Shown here piece after piece: positions 32,638 to 42,435 of a stretch of DNA of 64,000 bases (positions are counted from its first letter, which is position 1; every line of letters starts with the position of its first letter). The position numbers and the translations under genes were made by a program. The notes below the pieces were generated by a model, which saw only the letters and a program-made list of their open reading frames with translations, searched no databases and was not told the DNA's origin. Source of the DNA: an uncultured Clostridium sp. GTDB taxonomy: Bacteria; Bacillota; Clostridia; TANB77; CAG-508. Location: positions 7,377 through 71,376 of the forward strand of contig CANEHB010000006.1 in the NCBI GenBank assembly GCA_947427205.1, written 5' to 3'.

Positions 32638-33319
32638 TTAATCATTTATTATACTATAGTATTTTCCATCACCTATAATTATATGATCTAATACTTGTAT
32701 ATCAAGTAAATTCGCTGCTTTGCATATTTTATCTGTAAATATAATATCAGCCTTGCTTGGCATTGGATTTCCGACTTGGATGATTATGTATTAAAATTAT
32801 TCTTGGAAGTTGCATTTTAACTGGTTCACTCAAAATTGCCTTTATGTTTATAGATATATTTTCTTCACTTCCAACTGCAATACTTAAAATTTTTTTTATT
32901 ATATTTTTATTATTTAATAATACTACTTTCAAAATTTCATTTTTCTCATTTTGCAATTCTTCTAAAAAAATATTTGCTATATCTTCTTTAGAATTCACTT
33001 TAATTTGTGCATTTATTAGTGGTTTTGAAATTCTTTTTGCTATTTCTCCAACTGCTTTTAATTCTATTGCTTTTACTTTTCCTATCCCTTCTATTTTCAT
33101 AAGTTCTTGAATTGATAGATTTTGTAGAAATCTTAAACTATTTTCTTCATCTGCACCTTTCATAATAACTTTTTGTGCAATTTCTAATGCAGAACTTTCT
33201 TTTGTTCCATTTTTTATTATAATAGACAGAAGTTCAATGTTTGTAAGCGATTTCTCTCCATACATTAACATTTTTTCGTATGGTCTTTCTTGATTTGGAA
33301 TATCTTTTATACCTGACAT
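32638..33319 (-). CDS. radC: RadC family JAB/MPN protein; needs a +1 frameshift at CGG-A (32773) for the full 226 aa
   Basis: ERPYEK start and HhH motif GIGKVKA; 0-frame reads HNHPS-R-KSNAKQG*; +1 frame continues GNPMPSKADIIFTDKICKAANLLDIQVLDHIIIGDGKYYSIIND*. Confidence 0.9.
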
Positions 33320-33346
33320 AAATTCCTTTCTGTCTGTTTTATGCCC

Positions 33347-33605
33347 TTATATTTTTCTATACCAAAAAATTGCTATTGCAAGTCCTATAATACTTGCTAT
33401 ATTTATTCTAAACATACAACTAAATGATATTTTTAATATACTTAAATCTAATGTTACTGGACTAGATAATCCAAATTCTTCTCCATATGCTAACCACCAA
33501 AGAAAATCAATGCTTTTTGCAAGTTCCCCTAGTAATCCGTCCTAAAACTAATCCAGATAAAAGAAATATTAATAAAATCCATATATTTTTTTCTTTTGTT
33601 GCCAT
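33347..33605 (-). CDS. DUF4321-like small membrane protein (85 aa); needs a +1 frameshift at CGG-A (33539)
   Basis: GGAGG SD; MATKEKNIWILLIFLLSGLVLG, then +1 frame GLLGELAKSIDFLWWLAYGEEFGLSSPVTLDLSILKISFSCMFRINIASIIGLAIAIFWYRKI*; usual position upstream of radC. Confidence 0.8.
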
Positions 33606-33653
33606 TTTTTACCTCCATTTTTTCTTACGGAAATTTGTATTTTTTACCGTTAT

Positions 33654-33682
33654 ATTATATCTTGATAGCTATAATTTTTCAA
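33654..33682 (-). promoter_or_regulatory. SigA-type promoter of the DUF4321-radC-mreCD-mrdA-minC operon
   Basis: TTGAAA-17 nt-TATAAT on the minus strand. Confidence 0.6.
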
Positions 33683-33864
33683 GTCATTTATGTACTTTTT
33701 TTGTAATTTACTTACAAATTTATCATATAATTAATAGAAGTAATTATTTATAGTTTTTTACTATTTATTTCTTTATACAACTATAAGAATCATAGTTTAT
33801 ACATTTATTTACATTTACTTTTAATAAAATTCTTGTATAATTTAATTATATCGGAGGTAATTTC

Positions 33865-34521
33865 ATGAGAATAGAAAAGGTTAGCGAAAATAAAATTAAA
33901 ATTATGTTTGATTCTACAGAGCTTGAGGAAAATGATATCTCTGTACACTCATTTTTATCTAATTCTTTTGAATCTCAAAAACTCTTCTTAGCAATCTTAG
34001 ATATTGCAAATGAAGAATTTGGATTTGATATACAAAACTGTAAAGTTTCTTGTGAAACAATATCTTTTAATAACAAAAACTTTGTTGTTATTGTTACTAA
34101 ATTGCTAAAATCTACTTTAAAAGCATCTAATTCTACATATAATCTACTTGATATAGCAAATTCTTCTGAATCATTAGCAAATACAGAAAAAAATAAAAGC
34201 TTTTGTTTTCAATTTGAAAATAGTACTGATGAATTAGTTTATCGTTTTTCTAGTATGAATGATGTAATAGAATTTTGCAAATATTTTAATGCTAATTTTT
34301 CTAGTCTTGATGTAGCAAGCTTTCTTTATCAATATAAAGATAGTTTCTTTTTAGTAATCAGCTTTAATGATAAGCATCTTAATGAGAAAGAAAAAATTAC
34401 TTCAATTCTTTCTGAATTTGAAACAAATTTATGCTTATCAAAATTAGCTATTCTTAAATTAGAAGAACATAGTAAAACTATTATAAAAAACAATGCAATT
34501 CGTACATTAGAAAAAAAATAA
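33865..34521 (+). CDS. mecA: MecA-family adaptor protein
   Basis: MRIEKVSENKIKI N-terminus; YRFSSMNDVI and LEEHSKTIIKNNAI C-terminal motifs. Confidence 0.8.
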   Translation: MRIEKVSENKIKIMFDSTELEENDISVHSFLSNSFESQKLFLAILDIANEEFGFDIQNCKVSCETISFNNKNFVVIVTKLLKSTLKASNSTYNLLDIANSSESLANTEKNKSFCFQFENSTDELVYRFSSMNDVIEFCKYFNANFSSLDVASFLYQYKDSFFLVISFNDKHLNEKEKITSILSEFETNLCLSKLAILKLEEHSKTIIKNNAIRTLEKK

Positions 34522-34583
34522 AGAATATATGTCCTCTTAAATTGATAGTTCTAAAAATAAACTTTTTCATAATTTTATATACC

Positions 34584-34617
34584 AAAAAAGCTTTTGAGAA
34601 AACTCAAAAGCTTTTTT
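34584..34617. terminator. Bidirectional intrinsic terminator
   Basis: AAAAAAGCTTTTGAG-AAAA-CTCAAAAGCTTTTTT between convergent genes. Confidence 0.85.
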
Positions 34618-34623
34618 ATTATT

Positions 34624-35622
34624 TTATCTATTATACAAATAGTTTTGAGGATTCTTAGCTACACCATTTACACGAACTTCTAAATGTAAATGTGGTCCTG
34701 TTGAATTTCCCGTACTTCCTACTAATGCTATTGTATCTCCTTGATTTACTTGTGTTCCATTACTAACAAGTATTTTACTACAATGTGCATAGTATGTTTG
34801 TATTGAATCTGTATGTTGTATAATTACTAAATTTCCATAAGAGCCTTTATATCCTGCATAAATTACAGTTCCTGTTGCTGCTGCCTTTATTGGTGTTCCT
34901 TTTGAATTAGCTATATCAAGACCTGTATGTGTTCCACTTCTTCTAGTTCCAAATCTTGATGTTATTGTTCCAGATACTGGCTCTATCAAAGCTATCCCTA
35001 GTGCTGTATTAGAATAATCAACATTTTTTGCTGTAGTATATCTAGCTTTACGAGTAGTTGGCATTTGTTTATATAATGCTGTAACTATTTCATCTTTACC
35101 TGTAAATTGTTTTAATTCTGTTTCATATTTTAAGGTATATGTTATACTCGCTTGATTTTGACTGTTTTTTTCTTTTAATCCTTGTATAACTGCATCTGCT
35201 TCTTCATATGATTGGACATAATATTTTTCTTCACCATTATCTAATATTGCATAATATTTATAATATGGTACACCAGAACTAATTACTGTATTAAATATTT
35301 CTTCTGGATTGGCTGTAAGTCCTTTTTTTAGCAAACATAAATCATATTCTGGTAATTTTTCTATATCAACATATGCTACGTTTTTGCTATCTCCACTGTT
35401 TATATATTCACTAATCTTTTTTTGTAAATCCTTTTTGTCTTCTGTATAACCTATAAATTCTCCATTTAGGGATACACTATACATTGGTTTATATACGACA
35501 AAAACTATAAAACCTATAATTGCAAATCCTATAAGTAGCATAATGATAAGTTTCATCCATGCTCTTAAGAAAATTACAATATTTCTTAATACCGTAATTA
35601 TTGCCCCCACCCCTTCATTCAA
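34624..35622 (-). CDS. Membrane-anchored M23 family peptidoglycan endopeptidase
   Basis: HTGLD, YAHC and STGPHLHLEV motifs; N-terminal TM; exact start uncertain. Confidence 0.88.
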   Translation of the reverse strand: MNEGVGAIITVLRNIVIFLRAWMKLIIMLLIGFAIIGFIVFVVYKPMYSVSLNGEFIGYTEDKKDLQKKISEYINSGDSKNVAYVDIEKLPEYDLCLLKKGLTANPEEIFNTVISSGVPYYKYYAILDNGEEKYYVQSYEEADAVIQGLKEKNSQNQASITYTLKYETELKQFTGKDEIVTALYKQMPTTRKARYTTAKNVDYSNTALGIALIEPVSGTITSRFGTRRSGTHTGLDIANSKGTPIKAAATGTVIYAGYKGSYGNLVIIQHTDSIQTYYAHCSKILVSNGTQVNQGDTIALVGSTGNSTGPHLHLEVRVNGVAKNPQNYLYNR

Positions 35623-36009
35623 TTTTCTTTATTAACGTGTATTTTCTAGCATTTATCATCTATGTAAAAAAAATGTAACATTTATTTTTTGTCTTCACAT
35701 ATATTAGATTATATTATTTAACAAATAATGTCAATATCATTTTTTTGATATTCAAAGTCAAAAATCCGTATAGTTTTGTCTGAAGTAAGAATACAAGGAA
35801 AAAAATTTTTTTATAAAAATTCTTATTAATTTTTGTATATGATTTATTATATTTTATTATCAAAATTAAATAAATATGAATAATTATTCCTTTTTCTTGA
35901 AATAATAAGAAAAAAGCGAAAATAATATTTTTGCATGACTATTTTCTACAAAAAGTTCTTACTTTTAGTTGAACTTTCTTAGAAAATAAAAAATAGAAAG
36001 GATGAGATA

Positions 36010-36195
36010 ATGAGTACATTAAACCAAATGGAATTACAGAATTTGCGTCATTTTATTGGAGAACAAGAAAATTCATATTGCAAACTTACACACTATGCTG
36101 ATACTGCTGTTGACCCTCAAATTAAGCAAGTTTTAAATAAGGCTGCGCAAGATTCTTTAAATTCAAAACAAAAATTAATATCATTTTTAAATTAG
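36010..36195 (+). CDS. Small spore-coat-associated protein
   Basis: 61 aa, LNQMELQNLRH...DPQIK; SD AAGGATGA; paired with a Coat F-like gene. Confidence 0.65.
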   Translation: MSTLNQMELQNLRHFIGEQENSYCKLTHYADTAVDPQIKQVLNKAAQDSLNSKQKLISFLN

Positions 36196-36205
36196 GAGGA
36201 ACAAA

Positions 36206-36454
36206 ATGGAAGAAAAGGCAATTGTTAATGATGTTTTAGCATCAACAAAAGCTTCTTTAAAAGATTATGAAGGAGCAATTATTGAAACTGCTAATATGGA
36301 ACTAAGACAAACTCTTCAAAATTTAAGAAACTCTTCAGAAAGTTTTCAATATGAATTATTTAAGTTAGCAGAATCAAAAGGATATTATACTCCTGCTCAA
36401 AATGCTACACAAGATGAAATTACTACTGTAAAAGAAGAAGTTTCAAATTTATAA
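36206..36454 (+). CDS. Coat F domain spore coat protein
   Basis: AIIETANMELRQTL...ELFKLAESKGYY pattern; AGGAGG SD. Confidence 0.75.
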   Translation: MEEKAIVNDVLASTKASLKDYEGAIIETANMELRQTLQNLRNSSESFQYELFKLAESKGYYTPAQNATQDEITTVKEEVSNL

Positions 36455-36459
36455 TCTAG

Positions 36460-36493
36460 AAAAGTACGATTATTTTACTATAATCGTACTTTT
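36460..36493. terminator. Bidirectional terminator
   Basis: AAAAGTACGATTAT...ATAATCGTACTTTT. Confidence 0.75.
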
Positions 36494-36533
36494 ACATATC
36501 TTATTTACTATATTTTTAAAACTTACAAATATT

Positions 36534-37193
36534 CTATTTTTCTATTCCATTTAAACATTTGCTAAAAATAAGTTCTTTCAAAGCTCCTAACTTTTCATCA
36601 TCTTCATAATATTCTATAAGTTTAGTACCAAATTCAATTTTATTTTCTTCTGAAATAGAAATTATTCCTTTACCATTTTTTATTAACTCATGATTCGCAA
36701 TTAGCATAGAAGTTCTTTTATTTCCATCATTAAATGCTTGCATTTTCATTAATTTGCACATTAAAGTAATTATTGAATCAGTATTGACTGAATTATTATT
36801 ATATTTCTCTAATAATATATTCACTTTATCAATACTAGGTAATTCTGGTTTCCAATTTGTTCCACCCATAGTTACATCAAATATTCTTAATTTTCCAGCA
36901 GAATCTACAATATTCGAACCTATTAAACTATGTATACTACTTATATAATTAAAATCAATTTTTGTATCTATACTAGATAATATAAATTGCCAAGCATGTT
37001 TTAAATTATTAATTGTTTGTATTTCATCAATTCTCAAATGAGATACATTTTGACCATCGAAGATTGCTTGTGTTTCTGGAAATGTTATTGCTATTCCTTC
37101 TAAATTAGCACTTTTCCACATAGAATCTACAATATTTCTCTTAGCAAAATATACATTTTCCTCTTGAGTCATATTATACTTATCTAACAACAT
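36534..37193 (-). CDS. Fic/Doc family protein with a degenerate motif (QAFNDGNKRT)
   Basis: Fic motif variant; SANLEG N-terminal element. Confidence 0.8.
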   Translation of the reverse strand: MLLDKYNMTQEENVYFAKRNIVDSMWKSANLEGIAITFPETQAIFDGQNVSHLRIDEIQTINNLKHAWQFILSSIDTKIDFNYISSIHSLIGSNIVDSAGKLRIFDVTMGGTNWKPELPSIDKVNILLEKYNNNSVNTDSIITLMCKLMKMQAFNDGNKRTSMLIANHELIKNGKGIISISEENKIEFGTKLIEYYEDDEKLGALKELIFSKCLNGIEK

Positions 37194-37288
37194 TAATTCT
37201 CTCCTTTATTATTTACTTATAATTGATCAAAATTTTTTATTAATAGTAAAAAAACAACTTACAAAACTTTATATTTTGTAAGTTGTTT

Positions 37289-37364
37289 TGGTGCGCCATA
37301 GAGGATTTGAACCTCCGACCATTTGATTAAGAGTCAACTGCTCTACCAACTGAGCTAATGGCGC
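37289..37364 (-). tRNA. tRNA-Lys(CTT)
   Basis: GCGCCATTAGCTCAGTTGGTAGAGCAGTTGACT-CTT-AATCAAATGGTCGGAGGTTCAAATCCTCTATGGCGCACCA, 76 nt. Confidence 0.95.
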
Positions 37365-37464
37365 ATATATAAAGTTTTAAACAATTTAAACTAATTACAA
37401 GACTTATTATAAATCAAATTACACATATTTGTCAATAATTTGATTTTAACAATTATAAAAAAAT

Positions 37465-37496
37465 CAGCCAGTCGGGGGAAATCCCCTGACTGGCTG
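37465..37496 (-). terminator. GC-rich intrinsic terminator of the NCS2 gene
   Basis: CAGCCAGTCGGGG-GAAAT-CCCCTGACTGGCTG with a T-run on the minus strand. Confidence 0.8.
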
Positions 37497-37540
37497 TGAA
37501 ACTAATACACTACACTGATGTTTTTTTGTCAGCCTTACTG

Positions 37541-38896
37541 TCAAATGATAAAATACTTGACAACAAATAAGACTGTCAGCACAATCATTGCAGGCTGTAC
37601 CTCCTTGCGCTTTCCAGTGAAGAGCTTGAATACTGTATAGGAGATTACTCCCCAACAGATTCCCTCAGAAATGCTATAGCAGAAGGGCATTCCAATAATA
37701 CACAATACTGCCGGAATCCAGTTGCTGTAATCTGAGGCATCAATCTTCAGGATTGCTTCAATCATCATAACACCCACCATGATAAGCGCCGGTGCCGTCG
37801 CAAATGACGGAATCGCAAGGAAAATCGGCGATAAGAATAATGCCAGAGCAAACAAGATACCTGTTGTTGTTGCAGTAAGACCTGTTTTTCCACCTTCTGC
37901 AACTCCTGCAGACGACTCCACATACGTCGTGGTTGTGGAAGTTCCAAGAATCGCTCCGATAATTGTTGCAATTGCATCAGCCAGCAGTGCCCACGTCAGG
38001 CGAGGCAGTTCTCCCTTTTCATCAAGCATGTCTGACTTCATAGCGACTCCTATCAGAGTTCCCATTGTATCAAACATGTCTACAAACAGGAAAGAAATTA
38101 CCACAATCCAAAATCTTACTTCAAGAATTCTCGAAAAATTGAACTTGAAGAAAGTAAGTGATATACTGCTGATTTGTGTGCCCTGTGAAAAATCAGGGAA
38201 CAAGCTGTACATACCGCTGTCCGGGCTGGGAACATAAACTCCAACTCCCTGCAGGATCATGCCTATTACCCATGTTACAACAATTCCAATAAGAATAGAA
38301 CCTTTCACCTTTTTTATATGCAGGATACCTATAATAAGCAATCCTACAATAGTGAGTATCATTCCCATTCTTACTGCCGGATCTACCGTTCTAAAATCGT
38401 TCAGCGCAACAACCGTAGAATCATCTTTTACCACAATTGCCGCATTGATCAGCCCAATCAGGATGATAAAAAGTCCTATTCCGACTGATATTGCTTTTTT
38501 CAGAACTTCTGGTATGGCATTGAAAATTGCCTGTCTCACATGTGTAACTGACAATACCACAAAGATCACACCCTCAACGGCTACTGCCAGCAATGCATCC
38601 TGCCACGAATAACCCATACCACAGCAGACTGAAAATGCAAAAAACACATTCAATCCCATTCCGGGTGCCAGAGCAAACGGCAGATTTGCCATCAAGCCCA
38701 TGAGTATCGATCCGACTGCTGCTGCCAGTGCAGTTGCAACAAAAATGGCATTTCTGTCCATCCCAGTTACTGAGAGGATATTCGGGTTAACCGCCAAGAT
38801 GTACGCCATTGTAGCGAACGTTGTTGCTCCTGCGATTACCTCTGTCCGGACATTAGTTCCTTTTTGTTGCAGCTTAAAGATTTTTTCAAGTTGCAT
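37541..38896 (-). CDS. NCS2 family (AzgA/PbuG-like) purine permease, GC-richer than its flanks
   Basis: TEVIAGATTFATMAYILAVNP, APGMGLN, DMFDTMGT and YVESSAGVAEGGKTGL motifs; AGGAGG SD before ATG 38896. Confidence 0.92.
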   Translation of the reverse strand: MQLEKIFKLQQKGTNVRTEVIAGATTFATMAYILAVNPNILSVTGMDRNAIFVATALAAAVGSILMGLMANLPFALAPGMGLNVFFAFSVCCGMGYSWQDALLAVAVEGVIFVVLSVTHVRQAIFNAIPEVLKKAISVGIGLFIILIGLINAAIVVKDDSTVVALNDFRTVDPAVRMGMILTIVGLLIIGILHIKKVKGSILIGIVVTWVIGMILQGVGVYVPSPDSGMYSLFPDFSQGTQISSISLTFFKFNFSRILEVRFWIVVISFLFVDMFDTMGTLIGVAMKSDMLDEKGELPRLTWALLADAIATIIGAILGTSTTTTYVESSAGVAEGGKTGLTATTTGILFALALFLSPIFLAIPSFATAPALIMVGVMMIEAILKIDASDYSNWIPAVLCIIGMPFCYSISEGICWGVISYTVFKLFTGKRKEVQPAMIVLTVLFVVKYFII

Positions 38897-38954
38897 AAAA
38901 TACCTCCTTTCAAGGTATGAAAAAATTATGCGCATACGCGCTGTTAACATAATA

Positions 38955-38983
38955 ATTATACTATCTTATTATTTATTTGTCAA
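38955..38983 (-). promoter_or_regulatory. Consensus SigA promoter of the NCS2 gene
   Basis: TTGACA-17 nt-TATAAT. Confidence 0.75.
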
Positions 38984-39149
38984 TCTTTTTTTGCTTTATA
39001 TCCAACAAAAATAATATTTTACAATTAATGTATGTGATATATAGTAGTATCTTTACAAATATTCTATTTGTTAGTAAATGCTTTATGTATACTGTTTCGA
39101 TTAAAATAAACTTTAGCAAAGACTTTATATAATAGACTAACTATATAAC

Positions 39150-39190
39150 TAAAAATAAAGAGCTACTTTTTGAAGTAACTCTTTATTTTT
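39150..39190 (-). terminator. Terminator after ftsH
   Basis: AAAATAAAGAGCTACTT...AAGTAACTCTTTATTTT. Confidence 0.7.
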
Positions 39191-39217
39191 AGTATTTAAT
39201 TAGATTTATAAAGAAGA

Positions 39218-41035
39218 TTAAGCATTCATTATATCGTTAAATTCTTCTCCATCTATCTTTTCTTTTTCTAATAATACACCAGCTACCTTGTGTAATTTTT
39301 CCATATTTTCATTTAAAATGTCTACTGTTCTTTGATAAGCTGTGTCTATTATTCTTTTAACCTCTTCATCAATTAATCCTGAAGTTTCTTCACTAAAGTT
39401 CTTTTGTTGTGTAAAGTCTCTTCCTAAGAATACTTCTTCTTGTCCTGAACCAAATGTAATTGCTCCTAGTCTTTCACTCATACCATATTTAGTAACCATA
39501 CTTCTAGCAATTTTTGAAGCTCTTTCAATATCATTACTTGCTCCTGTAGATACATCACCTAAAACTAAAGCTTCTGCAACTCTACCACCTAATAATGATA
39601 TTATTTGTTCTTCCATCTCTGATTTACTCATAAATTGTCTATCTTCAGATGGTCTATACATTGTATATCCACCAGCCATACCTCTTGGAATAATTGATAT
39701 TTGGTGAACATCATCTTGTGTTGGTAAAAATTTACTTGCTACAGCATGACCAGCTTCATGGAAAGCAACAAGTTTCTTTTCTTTTTCACTTATTACTCTT
39801 GATTTTTTCTCTGGTCCCATAGTTACTTTAACCATAGCATCTTCTATTTCTTCCATTCCAATTTCTGTTTTATTTCTTCTTGCTGTTAATAAAGCTGCTT
39901 CATTTAAAATATTTTCTAAATCAGCTCCAACAAATCCTGCTGTGTTTCTTGCAATAGTTGTTAAATCAACATCATCTGCAAGTTTTTTCTTTCTAGCATG
40001 AACTTTTAATATTTCTTCTCTAGCTTTAACATCTGGTGATCCAACTACTATCTGTCTGTCAAATCTTCCTGCTCTTAATAAAGCTTTATCTAATACATCT
40101 GGTCTATTTGTAGCAGCTAGTACTATAACACCTTCATTAGCTGAGAATCCATCCATTTCAACTAATAATTGGTTTAATGTTTGTTCTCTTTCATCATGTC
40201 CACCACCTAAACCTGCTCCTCTTTGACGTCCTACAGCATCAATTTCATCTATAAATATGATACATGGTGCATTTTTCTTAGCTTGCTCAAAAAGATCTCT
40301 TACTCTTGATGCACCAACACCAACAAACATTTCAACAAAATCAGAACCACTTATAATAAAGAATGGTACACCTGCTTCTCCAGCAACTGCTTTTGCTAGT
40401 AATGTTTTACCAGTACCTGGATGACCAACTAATAAAACACCTTTTGGTATTCTTGCACCCATGTCTGTAAATTTCTTTGGTGATTTTAGGAAATCAACTA
40501 TTTCTGCTAATTCTTCTTTTTCTTCATCTATACCTGCAACATCTTTAAATGTTACTTTTGTTTTTGAATCAGTTGTGTTTAACATTCTTGCTTTACTTTT
40601 TCCAAATGTCATTGATTTATTTCCACCTTGATTTGGATTCATAAGTAAAATCCAGAATAGTAAGAATATTATCAATATAACAAATGGTGAGAAAGCACTA
40701 AGAATTGTCATTGCAATTGATTCTTCTTCTTGACTTAATACTAATTGTCCACTTACTAAGTTATCTGAAATTTGTTCCATAAAAGAATCTACACTTGGTA
40801 TAGCTACTTCTTTTTGTGATGATTTACTTGATGTTTCTGAACCTTTTAAAGTAACATATGCCATTTGTTTATCAGAAGATATTTCTATTTCTGTGACCTC
40901 TCCTGCAGATATCTTACTTATTAAATCAGAATAACTCATTTTGGTTTCTGGATTATTAAATATTGCATTAAGTAATCCAATAAAAATTATTCCTAATACT
41001 AACCAAATAGCTAGTGTCTTAATTCCATTTTTCAA
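39218..41035 (-). CDS. ftsH: ATP-dependent zinc metalloprotease FtsH
   Basis: Two TMs; GHPGTGKT Walker A; IIFIDEID; HEAGH. Confidence 0.97.
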   Translation of the reverse strand: MKNGIKTLAIWLVLGIIFIGLLNAIFNNPETKMSYSDLISKISAGEVTEIEISSDKQMAYVTLKGSETSSKSSQKEVAIPSVDSFMEQISDNLVSGQLVLSQEEESIAMTILSAFSPFVILIIFLLFWILLMNPNQGGNKSMTFGKSKARMLNTTDSKTKVTFKDVAGIDEEKEELAEIVDFLKSPKKFTDMGARIPKGVLLVGHPGTGKTLLAKAVAGEAGVPFFIISGSDFVEMFVGVGASRVRDLFEQAKKNAPCIIFIDEIDAVGRQRGAGLGGGHDEREQTLNQLLVEMDGFSANEGVIVLAATNRPDVLDKALLRAGRFDRQIVVGSPDVKAREEILKVHARKKKLADDVDLTTIARNTAGFVGADLENILNEAALLTARRNKTEIGMEEIEDAMVKVTMGPEKKSRVISEKEKKLVAFHEAGHAVASKFLPTQDDVHQISIIPRGMAGGYTMYRPSEDRQFMSKSEMEEQIISLLGGRVAEALVLGDVSTGASNDIERASKIARSMVTKYGMSERLGAITFGSGQEEVFLGRDFTQQKNFSEETSGLIDEEVKRIIDTAYQRTVDILNENMEKLHKVAGVLLEKEKIDGEEFNDIMNA

Positions 41036-41156
41036 GTTTAATTCCTCCTACTTTTTCGTATGCATAAAATATAGCATAGCAATTTTTCATTTGCAATAGT
41101 TTTTTTTAAAAGAAATAAGTCTGTAATATTTATCTTTTTAAAGACTTTACGGAAAG

Positions 41157-42179
41157 CTATACTGAGCGTTCAATATATATTTTTTTATTTTTGATTACAA
41201 TTTTAGTTTTTTTATTTGGTGTCAAAAATTTATTACCTATATTATTATTACAAAGCTTTATTATATCCTCAATATGTATCTTCTCTATTCCTTTAGTCGT
41301 TCCAAAAAGCTCATTTATTGCATACAAAATTACTCTTTTTTGAATTGCTTTATTTTCACTATTAAATTTTTTTAAATCTAATATAATTTTAGCCTCTTTT
41401 TCATCATTATATACATTTTCTTTTGAAAAATTTTCCTTTAAATGCATATTTTCATATGCATTTTTAGTTTGCAAACTTAAATAATTTATATCATCTTTTA
41501 CAATATCTGATAATCTCATTATGGTATCAATTATATTTGGATTTAATTCATTTTTTATATACGGAATAGCTATGTTTCTTAATTTATTCCTTGTATAAAT
41601 ATTCTCATCATTTGATTCATCATGTCTTGGATTTAAATTTTCAGTTTCACAATAGTTTTCTATTTCTTCTCTTTTAGCTTCTATTAAAGGTCTAATATAT
41701 TTACTGTTTTGTGCTTCTATTCCTTTTAAGCCACTCAATCCTGATCCTCTAATAATATTCATCATAATTGTTTCTACACTATCATTTTCATTATGTGCTA
41801 TTGCAATTTTATTTGAATTTGTTTTTTCTAATATCTCATCAAAAAAATTATATCTAACTATTCTTCCTGTTTCTTCTAAACCTCTTCCTTCTTTTTTAGA
41901 AAGTTCTTTAATATTAGTATTTAAAATATAACATTCTATTCCTCTTGTTTGGCAAAAATCTAAAACAAATTTCTCATCTATATTTGCATTTTCTCTAATT
42001 CCATGATTAATATGTGCAACAACTATTTCAAATTTAAAAATTTCTTCATTCTTTAATTCATTAAGTATATTAAGCATAGAAATAGAATCTGGACCACCTG
42101 AAACCCCTAAAACAATTTTATCTCCATTTTCTATTAAGTTATACTTTTTTATAGTATTTAAAACAATATCTTTTAACAT
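41157..42179 (-). CDS. tilS: tRNA(Ile)-lysidine synthetase (short form)
   Basis: SGGPDS, AHINHGIR, AHNENDSVET and RNKLR motifs; AAGGAG SD before ATG 42179. Confidence 0.93.
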   Translation of the reverse strand: MLKDIVLNTIKKYNLIENGDKIVLGVSGGPDSISMLNILNELKNEEIFKFEIVVAHINHGIRENANIDEKFVLDFCQTRGIECYILNTNIKELSKKEGRGLEETGRIVRYNFFDEILEKTNSNKIAIAHNENDSVETIMMNIIRGSGLSGLKGIEAQNSKYIRPLIEAKREEIENYCETENLNPRHDESNDENIYTRNKLRNIAIPYIKNELNPNIIDTIMRLSDIVKDDINYLSLQTKNAYENMHLKENFSKENVYNDEKEAKIILDLKKFNSENKAIQKRVILYAINELFGTTKGIEKIHIEDIIKLCNNNIGNKFLTPNKKTKIVIKNKKIYIERSV

Positions 42180-42235
42180 ATGTTTCTCCTTTACAATAAA
42201 ACTCAATTATAGAATTTTATAACTAATACTTTATA

Positions 42236-42405
42236 AATTGAAAGTACTTATATATATTAGAACGACGTGATGCGCAGCCTTGGAAGTTTAAATTTTCTTT
42301 ACAAATTTTATAATAACATATCAAATTATATAAAATCTAAATCTACTTTAAATCCATAAACGACCAGCAAAGAACGAGTAATAATATATATAAGTACTTT
42401 CAACT
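42236..42405. ncRNA. Candidate structured RNA (rod-like with a central bubble, 6S-like) or MITE between dnaB and tilS
   Basis: 22-bp perfect inverted repeat TTGAAAGTACTTATATATATTA / TAATATATATAAGTACTTTCAA enclosing GC-richer, partly paired segments. Confidence 0.4.
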
Positions 42406-42435
42406 AATATAAATAATTAAAATTATAATTGAACT

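Noticed and set aside
33487-33753. 88-aa plus-strand ORF
   Set aside because: Antisense to the frameshifted DUF4321 gene and its promoter
35590-35625. Possible ATA/ATT start for the M23 gene after a GGGGTG SD
   Set aside because: In-frame TTG and GTG alternatives exist; cannot be resolved from sequence
38897-38990. Purine riboswitch expected upstream of the NCS2 permease
   Set aside because: The leader is only about 50 nt and has no aptamer core
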